A stretch of 63,965 nucleotides of DNA, counting the filler, from Lenisia limosa (taxonomy: Eukaryota; Protista; Breviatea), in the NCBI GenBank assembly GCA_001655205.1. It is 9 parts of 9 records of this genome, joined end to end, with 100 filler letters (N's around TTAATTAATTAA, not from the genome) between each part and the next. Parts side by side here need not be neighbours in the genome. Positions count along the whole stretch, not along the records: positions 26,669 to 29,285 come from LPNZ01001307.1; positions 29,386 to 37,469 come from LPNZ01005224.1; positions 37,570 to 45,826 come from LPNZ01009399.1; 6 more parts are not named here. One strand, written 5' to 3'. Below are positions 26,830 to 38,082 of this stretch, in pieces. Within the stretch, counting starts at the first letter, position 1; the number at the start of each line of letters is the position of its first letter. The notes under the pieces are model-generated. The model made no database searches. It had not been told where the DNA came from and worked only from the letters and a program-made list of their open reading frames with translations. Both the position numbers and the translations under genes were made by a program.

Positions 26830-29800
26830 GAATCACCCCTACAATGTCAAGTTTCTTCAAGGTCTTCGGGCAGAGTGGCTGAAGTTTGTTATACTCAGAC
26901 GAGCCCGTCATCAAGACTTCTCCGTTGGGTGACATGTCAATGAATTCGATACCGGATCCCTGGGTCACAATCTCTCCTAAAGTATGGTGAAACAAATAAA
27001 TAATAATTCTAATAATAAAAATTGGAAAATTTGAATGGGTTCACAACTAGAAGTATATCATACATAATTCTGGAAAAATAAAGTAGCGAGCGCAAGAACA
27101 TTGATACACTAGGGATGCACATTCATAAACACACAATAAAAGTAAAAAGTAAGGATTCACTTCGGGAAAATATCGATAGTTTTAGATGATTTATCGAATA
27201 ATTCAGTCTTTTTTCGAACCGAAGCGGAACATAAGTTAAAAGTGACAAATATTGGCACACCCAGTCCCTACCGTCTTCGGTATTAAAGACGACCAAGACG
27301 TTTTCTTTGTTGAGCGCATACACCAGCTTTTCGTCGGGAGAAAATACCAAGGAAAGAACCTAGGAATATGACGTGGTGAAAAATATTTAAGCTTGTCATT
27401 TGCCCAACAACTCTATGTACACAGATTTCTACGTGCTGATAAATATGAGCTATCAACGCACCTCCGATCCCTTGAGCTCCTTGACTTTGTACAGTGGTTT
27501 GACGCCCTTGGAGTCTTGATCAAGTGTGGAACCTATCGAGTGAACAACATGCATTATCATCATTGTATTTATGGGGGGGGGGGNNNNNNNNNNNNNNNNN
27601 NNNNNNNNNNNNNNNNNNNNNNNNNNNNNNNNNNNNNNNNNNNNNNNNNNNNNNNNNNNNNNNNNNNNNTAAAAGAGGTATTGTTATGAACAAAATAAAA
27701 AAATAAATGTAAATATTTGAAAATACAGACACTTTTTTAAAGAGCCACACATTTTTAGACAAGCCATTTTCACAGACTCGGTACAATGAAAAGTGTATTT
27801 AAAATACGGAGACTTACCGTCATAAAGGCTCTCTTCAGCTTGCCAGGCGCAAATAATGCCGTTTTCTCCGCCTGCAATAACAACATCGGTATCAGTTACT
27901 ATGAGGCGTGTTGTCTCGGACTGGGGGTGGGGGGTTATGGGGCAAAATAAATAAGTGAAAATGGAAACTATATTGTATTTTGGGCGGGAGATGACAAAAC
28001 ACCAAAGAATAACAATGTAACAAGTTTAACCAGGAGTGGGCTTTCAATTTCAGCAATTCCCTGATACCTTGATTCCGCCAAGGTTCGCAACAACGTGTGA
28101 AGTACGCGTATCGTAGATCTTAATCTGAAGATGTTGGTATGTGGGAAGTAAAATGGACCACAAAAAAAGAAAAATAGAAAATGTACATATACATGTATAT
28201 ATATACATGTATATATATAAAAGAAGAGGAAGCATACCTAGAAGAAGAACAACAATAATTACAAAAGAAGAAAAACAAAAACAACAAAAGTAGAACAACA
28301 GCAAAAGGAGAATAACAACAACAGAAAAAGAACAACAACAACAACAAAATAAGAGGAACATAGCAGCAACAGAGCAAGAAGAGCAGAAGTACATATAGTA
28401 TCAGAACCACTCACATGAGAGCCATTTCCTGAGCGGTTGTCTTGGGAACCTGAAACGACGTGGAAGGGAGCGTTTAGCCATCCACAGGTAGTCACACATG
28501 CATAGTGGTCGTGGGGGCGATCATACTGTTAAATCCAAGTCAAATCATAAGAGTATTATCAAAATCAATGCGACGAAATCAAGGTATTTATTCAAAAAGA
28601 AGATTCTACACACTTGATGACTCAATAATCCCCACATACGGTGTAGGGACACATGTTGACCTCTGGAATGGTTAATAATACGTACATGATCATAATGATT
28701 ATTTCACGGAATGGTTAAATAGTACATGAAAAAAAAATTGATTCACGGTACGATCACAAGTTGCATCCCTAGATTTGTTATCTTACTAATGACATTTCAA
28801 AAAAAAAAACAAAGTGTTTTGAGTTTCAACTGTTTATCGAGGAATTATCAAGAAATTTAGTCTCTTGTGGCCGTAGGGAAGCCCTAGATATAATACTAAT
28901 TACCCCCGCCGCCCTCCCTACTAACCATTTTATTTCCCTTATCCAAATCAGGAATCAACTTATTATTGCAATTTTCTTAAATCTCTAGCCCCCACGCTCT
29001 GAATACCAAGGTGGCCAATGCAGCCCCCACCCGCTGCATACCAAGGTGGCCAGTGTAGCCGTTAACAAGTACGAACGTTTTTGTTCGTCCAGCAATGAGC
29101 AACTTGGAGCCGTCTAGAGGGGTGAAAAGGGTTTGGAGGGGGGGGGGTTAAAACATTGAAAATTCATGAAACGAAGAAGCCCAAATCAACTCTGTTGGCT
29201 GAGGGGAGTAAAATTAGAATATTGATGAAAAAAAAAAAGCTGCTGACAACACAAAAGAGTTGATAACTACAAAACAAACAAAGCCNNNNNNNNNNNNNNN
29301 NNNNNNNNNNNNNNNNNNNNNNNNNNNNNTTAATTAATTAANNNNNNNNNNNNNNNNNNNNNNNNNNNNNNNNNNNNNNNNNNNNGTTATGTATGGTCAC
29401 CTATATATAATTATATATAATATGATATATATTTTTCATAGTTATATGTTATGTATGCAACAAAGAAGGAAATGAGAACCAATATGGACGGTGTCAAACT
29501 GATGAATATGAGGCCCATACAGTGTTAAAGGCTGCAGGATTTGAGGCTTGATTGTTCGGGAGACAGAAGTGGCATAATGTGGCAGGTGTTTGTCCTCCTC
29601 CTTCTCCTTCCTAAAGTAGTATAATAATAAGCGGCTTTAGTTATTGAGACATCACATATGGCTTCGGCCAGATACTACAAATTTTATTTCTCATTGCTAA
29701 GATCTGTAAAGATCTGAGAAGATCTGAGAAGATCTTGGTATATATGCCATCTCTCTAGTCACGCAGGATTGTATGTTTTGACGAGAGATTCAGCCCCTTG

Positions 29801-32800
29801 TATACATCAGATCCCATTGATACCCGGATCATTGCTATCTGCAAAACCACACCCATCAAACGTGATCAAATAGCGCTTCCTGATTTGGGATGTCTCGTGA
29901 CATGGTGCCAAGTGGTGTACCCGGCCTGGTGGAAAATTAGAAAATTTTAGAAATTAAAAAAGCCCAAATCAACTCTGTTCACATGAAGATTGATAACAGC
30001 AAAACAAACAAAGCAGGCCAGTGGCTTCTGCAGCATCGCATCCCATCACTCCAGCGTACCTGTAGAGGTTAGATTAACAAACAGTGAAAATAATTATAAA
30101 ACTCCGAATTCAACCGGGGTACAGGATGGGGAGGGGGTGAAACTCTCAGTAATTTCCGAAAAATATTGGCGTAAAGGTACTAAGCAAGAACCAAGATATA
30201 ATCACCAGCTGTATGCCATTACGATCACCATCCATGTTACCAGGAGGGAGGGACGGGGCGGACCTCCAGGTACTGAGTCGAGACCCCATTCGAGTGCCTT
30301 GAGGGGCCTTATGGCTCGATATCCTGCTAAGTCAAGTATGTACAGGGACTTTGCTGTTATATCATACCGAGTCAATATTGCATATCATATACTATTACTG
30401 TCTATACTGCCTACGATAAGTTTTACTAATGATAAAGCTCAACATCCGTTCAGCTGTCAGTGTACAAAAATACCACAAACCCTCATCTCTGTCACCCGTT
30501 TTCACGACCCCTACCTAGACTTCTGTCGAACCGGCACGGGACTGTGCGGGAACACAATCGGTTGATTGCGGTACTGAACATCATTCATATGCTTGAGCTC
30601 TGAGGCGATTTCCATGGCCCAAGTCGGAACATTCACACTTCCATCTTTTCCGGAGCCTTCATGATGTGGTGACTCATCATCGGAAGTTTCGGAATCGGAA
30701 GAGAATACCTGATCCGGTAATGTCAAGTTTGGAGCCGATGACGTGTACATCTCGTTTTTGCCGTTCTCCTCCCATGACCACTCAGCCATGCCTCTAATAT
30801 CGTAAGTAGACATCATATCCTGCAGGTATAACGAGTCGTCTACAGGAGCCGCCTTGGCTCGGTCCACTGTGTCAGGACTCAGGTCAGAGGAGGATGAGCT
30901 TTCGTCCGAGCCGGAGGTACTAGGTTCGGCCACTGGAGAGTCAGGTTTCGGCATGGGTTTCGGGACTTGGTTATTTTGAGAGTGTTGAGATGTGAATACT
31001 GGAATCAATGTTTGGTGAGTGACGATTTTGGGAGACTGAGGATGGTGAAATAAGTGTTTTGGAGATATTGCTTGAATTTTAAGGAATGGGATTGCTTTGA
31101 TAAGATGTGCGGATCCGGTTTGCATGAGTAAAACCAACCAGCTTTTGAATGCCAAATCTGAGATGCTATTTAGATAAACTGCTAATCACAAATGCTATCC
31201 CTACCTTCCACTTTTGTTTCTTTGGACATGCCTCTTCTCATGGTATCCTTTTTAATATCTGGTAGAGTGACACCTACAAAAATAACGGTAATTTTGGAGG
31301 AAAAAGAGTTTGAAAATAGCTTGGATAACATGTTCCTCTAACAAACACCTCCGGACAAGGTTTTAAAAAAACAAATGGGTAGTAGCTTTTTGCTGAAGGA
31401 AAGGGCCTGGACTATTCCAGCAAAAGTACAGGTAGAAATCTTACCAGGGGGGACGTAAGTTGAATGGCGCATTAACCGTCTTATTTCCTCCTCAGTATGA
31501 GGCTGAGTTGAGATGAGGGGAGACTGGGTCGAGCTCTTTTGTGAACGCGGGGAGTTGGGGTTAGAGAGGACTTGGTCAATGATCCGGCTGATGTCTGAAA
31601 TGGTGACATGCTGCATAAACATCAAATAATGACACGCTACGTTCTGCATAAGCTTTATTGCAAGCAGTAAGACAGCAAACTCGTAATTCAAAATGGGACA
31701 CTGTACTGTCCAAAACATAGTTATCCAATCAAAAATACAGGAGATTAGCACTATCCCTCATACCACCTAGTCGAGATTTGCCTTTAGATGCACGCAAATC
31801 TGGCAGTGGGCTTGAAACGTTCAAATGAAGCTCTGTAACAGGATCTGTGTCCTCTTGGGTAAGAATTGATTGCAGATTGGTTTACAATAATCATTATTAT
31901 CATCTGTTTAAATTATATAAAGATAATGATCGAATCAATATCTTCAAATTAATCTAAACACATCACATGATTACACATTTCCCTCCAAATTTCACGATTG
32001 ACTTACAGCGTTTGTTTGTTGAAGGTGATGAAGAGCCAAGTAGAACGTGGCCACTGGGGAACCCTGAATGTTCAGTCAGTTGAAATGGTGCGTTATTGCA
32101 GTGTTATATTATGAGATAGATTACGGACCAGGGTTAATTGATATCTTGAAAGATCAACTGTGATTGACAGAACAGTTGTTATTATGAACATTGTGAATTA
32201 AAAAGAAATCAGACTAACTCGATTTAGTTCAGACCGAATTCTCCAATGCTAACCTGTTTGAGTCCTGATGCGATTTTGTCTATTCCAGCCGCTTCTGGCA
32301 TCATATCCTTGACAAGCTGCTGTGTGCGAGGATGTTCTAAGAGCTTAGATGGGAAAAGAGAGGGACGGTTACAGTCTAGGAAAAGAGAGGGACGGTTACA
32401 GGCTTATAGGAAAAGAGAGGGACGGTTACAGTCTTATAGGAAAAGAAATGTGAGATATTTTGTGGGGACAAGCTGTGATAGTTTGAATGCTGTGTAGCAC
32501 CAAAGGAACAATTTGAGTTACCAGTTATGTTAGCTGTTGATGTAGTAGGATAAAGTGTGATCAAATATCAACTTATAAAGGAGTAGATACGGTCAAAAGA
32601 GCATCCCACCTTTGGGAATTGGGACATCAACTCTGATCAAATCGCCTAGGAAAGGAAACTGTCTGGCCAATTCTAAAAAGTGAACACTTATACATGGTGG
32701 GGAGTGGAGGCATGTTATTTGTGAATTATTATGTTACATGACTCCATATTGCGCTAGCAACCAATCATACAGTCTAGAATAGGCATTGGCACATTTGACA

Positions 32801-35800
32801 ATGCATATACGCGATATATGTTATGCCTGTTCATGCTCACTTGAAAAGAAGTAAATTCATTAGTTCTACAGTGACTGGGATAAGTCTTGACCGATATTCG
32901 AATTGATTTCCCATTGAAAATCGGTGAAGACTTATCCTGGTTACTAAATTTATCGTACCATTAACAGTAGGCCTTCTTGAGGGTTGAGGTTCCATTGCCG
33001 CAATAACAAACTAGGGGTTTTAAAATTTGGAACCATTTCATTTGTTGTGAATATGGGCTGACAGAGAAGCCAAATGGTCTTACTGGGATTGTTTATTTCC
33101 CTGCTTCATACCGAGGGAGGTTAAATATAACAGATCAAATTTTAAGTGATATGATACTTATTTACACTTACTGAAAGGAATGAAATACAGAGTATAGTAT
33201 GTGAACATTTTAATGCTGCTTCTTAAATGATATCAATAATTGAAGTTGAAGAGTCAAATAACTTCTTTGGCCCGGAAACCTTTTTCAGGAATAGGGGGGT
33301 GGTGCCATATATCCAATGCCCGTTTTGAATCTTGTCGAGCAGTTTCTAAATGTGGTGAAAGTTGGTTTGGGTTAATATGGTATTGCATTTTTGTATAAAA
33401 GCGAGAGTATACTTGAATTTATTTTATTGTTCAGCTTCATATGTATGACTTATCAAAAAGGGTATTTGGAATTCCAATGAGAATTGCAAACCCTTGTTTC
33501 TGATACCGAGGGAGACTTTTGGATAAACGAAAATGAGCCAGACTGCATTGGTGACTAGGTGATTTGTATTTATCAATGAACATTCAACTGTTTTGTTTGC
33601 ACCAACATAAATGCCATATTGAAATGTATTGTGACAAAATTGACACTTATCACAATTCAATTTTGCCCATCTCACAATGCATACAAGAACCAAAACGCCT
33701 AAGCACCATGATGATACCTAGATTCGTGGAAATACAAGAGGAAATTTCTGAATATATTTCACAAGCAGGCTTGAATTAAAATAACTTGTCTTGCTAGTTA
33801 AATACGATATCTTAATGACTTATCTAACACATGACAAATATGTTGAGATAACTGATTCTTCCTATGTACCTGAAGATATATTGGATCAGAATAAATCGAA
33901 TCCTTTTTGAAATGCTTGTAAAACAGAATATATTTGTTTTTATTATGTATCAAATAATGTCTATATCAATACGTTGAAAAGTAATAACAATGATAATGAT
34001 AAAGGCTCAATATCTCAGTATTCCATCATTAGGATCCAAATGCAATTCAAACCTTGTCAATATTCGGCACCTGGGGTAAATGGCTTGGCTGCATGTTTTT
34101 GGCCAGTTCAGCCTTGTATTCAGAAAGATGGTTGAAGTAACGTGTCACCTCAGGTGCATGAACATCACCAAAGTGGAAGGGAACATCTGAAGGGTAATGT
34201 CAAATGAATTTCTTTGATTGGTATCAGACAAGCCAAAAGGCTGAAAATAGGGATGACAAAATTGAATCAATAATTAGACATATTAAAGACATAAACAGCC
34301 AGCTCAAATATTACAGGGTCCGTTCACAACACTTGATACACAGTATTTTGTGATAAAAGGTTCAATATCAGCTTACTGCACAAACTGAACTGCAAAACAG
34401 CCAGGTCAGATTCATGACACTTGTCCACTTTGGGGAACTCTTTGAAGAGGATGTTGTTGCTAAATTATCAATTGTTTATGAAAGAACACTGATGCCAATG
34501 TTACAACAAAACCATCTTTATTTTCCTATCAATATATGATATCTTTTATATTATACCAGGAGTTCTCAAAGCAAATCGTCAAAGGAGTTCTCAAAGCAAA
34601 TAATAACAGGTGAACTAACAAAGAAGGTATCTGACAATGGCCTCCCTCTCACGTTGAAGGAGGACAGTAGTTCAGATTATTTCGCTGACAGACTGCAGAG
34701 TAAAAACAGGTTCTATAAGCGAGTACTGTGAACATATATTTACCCCCACTCTCGCTAACACAGAGTAGCCATAAAAGCAACTTTGAGAATCGATCGAAGA
34801 TCTGAGACGGATACGCCCTTTGTTTTGTGCAAATGATGGCGAAGGGTTCCTGGGGATACGGTGAGAGATTTGGAATTTTGACGTTCCAAAAAGTTTAATA
34901 CAATTAACACCAATTAAAAAATTTGGACCAAAAAAACACATTCTCACAAACCCTCGAATTTGTCTGTGACAACAAGTGCACCGCCCATATAATTTGTTAC
35001 GTCTCTTATGGGACAAATCCAAGGGACGTTGGTTTGGCTCTGCCAATGATGCAACGAGTCAATTGATTGACTAGAATGTCACATAATGGCGCGTCATTAT
35101 TGAAATAGGCATAGATGGGTCTGTCATTCTTTAAACGCACAATGACCATCATTAATTTTCTCATATTTAGGATTATTTCATATAGTATATATAAAATAAG
35201 GTCCTGACCGATGCCGTCCATACCACGCAGAAAATTTACACCAGTGGAAACGACAATTTGTCATTCACAGCCCACCTCCAGCCTCCAGCCTGACTGACAG
35301 GGCGCGAAATGATGACGGATGTGAACAATGCCTCATCACACAGCTGATGCTTGGTGGCGAAGAGACATCCCGAGGAGATTGTGCCTGGAAGCAGGTTAAT
35401 ATTGGAATCTGGCTTGGTCGAAGGGTGAAAATAAAAAAATGAAGATGCGTTGTGATTATGAAGTGGAATCAAAGTCAGTATTATTGACAGGAAGATTGTG
35501 TCACTGACCAAAATCCTTCTATAACAATTGTAAAAATTTGTAAAATGATAACATGAAAGGATATTGAGAGAAATGATAACGTAATAATCAAAACTCAATG
35601 AGAGGAAAGCAGGATAGTTCTGAAGAAATAATATGAATATCTGAGTGTATCTCAAACCGATTCTTTTGCAGAGGTTATAGGGCGGAATGTGAATATTTGC
35701 GGCACTAAAGAGAATCAATTGGTTGGTATATGATATTGCTGGAATAACAAGATTATGGCTGAGCGGTGACTATATATAATATTGCTGGATTAAAAAATAG

Positions 35801-36460
35801 CATAAGAGATCTCTGATCTCGCACCTTGGTTCGGTATCATTGACGTTGTGCAAATCTTCAAGGGTAGCTGAAATGAAAGCTGGAAAGTAAGTACACAAAG
35901 TGAAATGTGCGCCATTTTTGTAGATTGTCAAGTCATATTTCACAAGTTTCAAAGTAATGTTTTTACAAATCTTGGAGGATATATATAAATAGTCTTGAAT
36001 ATAGCTAGCTTTTTAAAAGACAACACACTTAAAGTTTTGTAAAGTTTTGTGAAGTTTTAACCAATTTGCCAACGTGGAAATAAAGATTGAAGACGAATAC
36101 TATCAATCAATGGAATAGCAAAACATTCTCTCCCACCGATGTCGGTTTCTGCTTCTGAGATATAGGACATGGGGCGATTATAGGGTATTGTTCCGGGTGA
36201 ACCAATGTCTAAAGGAGTAATGGTGAATGTCTAAAGGAGTAATGGTGAATGTCTAAAGTAATATTACATCAAGGGTGGCAGCGCATGGTATTGTTTTCGA
36301 ATGTAATTCCAAGGTTGTATCAAGCCTTGGGTTGTATTTGATGTATGTTCTGCCCCCCCCCCCCCNNNNNNNNNNNNNNNNNNNNNNNNNNNNNNNNNNN
36401 NNNNNNNNNNNNNNNNNNNNNGGTAATTGAGTCAGAGGTCTTAGGTAGACCTGTAGTATA
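26830..36460 (-). CDS. Large protein: N-terminal protein-kinase-like (pseudokinase) domain, Ser/Pro/acidic linker, WD40 repeats
   Basis: Kinase subdomain exons at 32960-35400: LVVTDKFE|GTLRHHL, LFCQRNNLNYCPPST|NNILF, GDVHAPE, VSSWCLGVLVL, KLLDKIQNG, AMEPQPSRRPT. WD40 exons at 26830-29920: DGSKLLIAG, HVVSGSQD...IKIYD, VIAGGENGIICAW, VLSLVFSPDEKLVY, IDMSPNGEVLMTGS. The 5' end is unresolved. Confidence 0.72.
29956..30060 (-). repeat. Family F copy (full length, begins GTACGC)
   Basis: Minus strand GTACGCTGGAGTGATGGGATGCGATGCTGCAGAAGCCACTGGCCTGCTTTG...GAGTTGATTTGGGCTTTTTT, followed by about 35 nt to the acceptor near 29918. Confidence 0.85.
32350..32450. repeat. Three-copy ~28-bp tandem repeat (GGAAAAGAGAGGGACGGTTACAG...)
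   Basis: Directly visible, intronic. Confidence 0.9.
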
Positions 36461-36863
36461 ATGAGTTTATATTTGAGTAAGGCTGTTGTTGTCTGGTGGT
36501 GGAGGAAAGTGGGAGAGTAAAAAGAAAGTACAAGGAATGGAGGAAAAGATAAAATCACTAAGTTTAACGAATAAAATCACTAAATAGTTTGAGTTAAATT
36601 TCTTTCTTGGAAGATGAGCGGGAAATATAGGGTGGAATGGGGACAATGGAACCCTTCCAAAAAGGGAAGGTTATGATTGAAATGTCCAACCATAGCCGTC
36701 ACACCATTGCTCTTTCACTACAAGTGCACTATTGCTTTTATTAAATTATTAAATTATTTTTACAACATGTGTAAGCAAGAATGGAAGAGTTTACCATGAT
36801 ACAGCGCTGAAAGCTGGATGGATGTAGTTTAAATTTTTGAGAGTATTAATACATTTGGTGGGT

Positions 36864-37452
36864 GTTTTTGCAGGAAGCGCTCTTTTTCGACATTTATATC
36901 GCTTAAATGGAGTGCTCTTACAATTAGCTGTTAATAGTTCAGAGATAATGTTAGGAAGAGCGGTATCTTTTTCATAATGAGCTAAGTCAGCGCCCTGACA
37001 GGATGTCTGTTCCATCCAAGGATGGTAAGCATTTCACCTGTAGATATTAAGATGAGTTGACTCGGTATTTACCTCTTTAGAGCTGAAGCTCTACTCTCAA
37101 GCGCAGGCAGATCATCTCAAGGTTTGCACCTATCTTCTCTATAGACTTTTCACAGAACTATAATGAAAATACTTGCAATGCAAGACGCGTTTTAACAGAT
37201 TTTTATTTCTGCTTTCTTTTGGCGGTTGAACATACCTTATTTGTTGTGATAGGATAGCTCATGAAAATGCATTGGGGAATGCGAAGTTTTCCCCACTCTA
37301 AGTTTTATGATGGTTTACAAGCGTTTCAAGAAACTCAAGAGATGAGTGGTACTGATAACTATAGAGGAAGATCAAGAAGTGGGAAGATGGCTTCAATCAG
37401 AAGTATGGAAGAGCCGCGACGCATGAAGATGTCAGCAGATCATCAAAGCTTA
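36864..37452 (+). CDS. Possible small spliced gene fragment with an Sld2/RECQL4-N or FAM13-like motif
   Basis: Exon-like pieces RPDRMSVPSKD|ELKLYSQAQADHLK and ag|RKIKKWEDGFNQKYGRAATHEDV|gt fit the [LI]KxWExxFxxxxGRxxxxxD pattern. Other frames and the opposite strand are also partly open. Confidence 0.3.
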
Positions 37453-38082
37453 GTTGGGGGGGGGGGGGGNNNNNNNNNNNNNNNNNNNNNNNNNNNNNNN
37501 NNNNNNNNNNNNNTTAATTAATTAANNNNNNNNNNNNNNNNNNNNNNNNNNNNNNNNNNNNNNNNNNNNCCCTTTTTTTCTCATCCAGTGTGGCATCCCT
37601 CCACAGTCCCTCCATCATCCACTCTTTCACTAACAGCGAGACGAGGCTAGTCTTGTACAGCCTTCTCAGCTAGGAGGAGGCGTATATATTCTTACGAATA
37701 GATATTCCTCCTAGTTCCCAGCTATTTTTTCCAACATGGGATTGTCAATTGCAAATCTCTACAGTGAGAGGGGTTTGTTTGCTTCTCACAGTCTTTGCTT
37801 TCTGCTTTCTGGAACAATTAAAATTATTAAGGTCACAACAAAACAACCCTTGAAGGAGACGAAGTTGTTGATTTACTGGTGTCCAATGTGAGATGCTGTA
37901 AGCGGTACAGTTATAACAGGAAGAGATGCCCCCTCTCCAATGCCAGGCCTCACATTGTTAAACCATAATTCCACCACTAGCGTTCCTCCCACTTTGAATT
38001 TTGTTTTGTTGTCTCCCCTTTTACTCCAATTATACTCCTGGCTCGGGCTTGTGTTTGTTTACTCCCCCCCCCCTCAATGCAG

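Noticed and set aside
29990-30565. 191-aa plus-strand ORF
   Set aside because: Antisense to supported exons of the minus-strand gene and overlapping a family F repeat, with no motifs.
34950-35050. C1/zinc-finger-like CTCCHRQIRGF in the ORF track
   Set aside because: A different frame of the same exon continues the kinase fold and is phase-consistent on both sides.
36790-37450. RGS-like domain on the minus strand upstream of the pseudokinase
   Set aside because: In-frame stops and weak acceptors. Plus-strand exon signals are at least as good.
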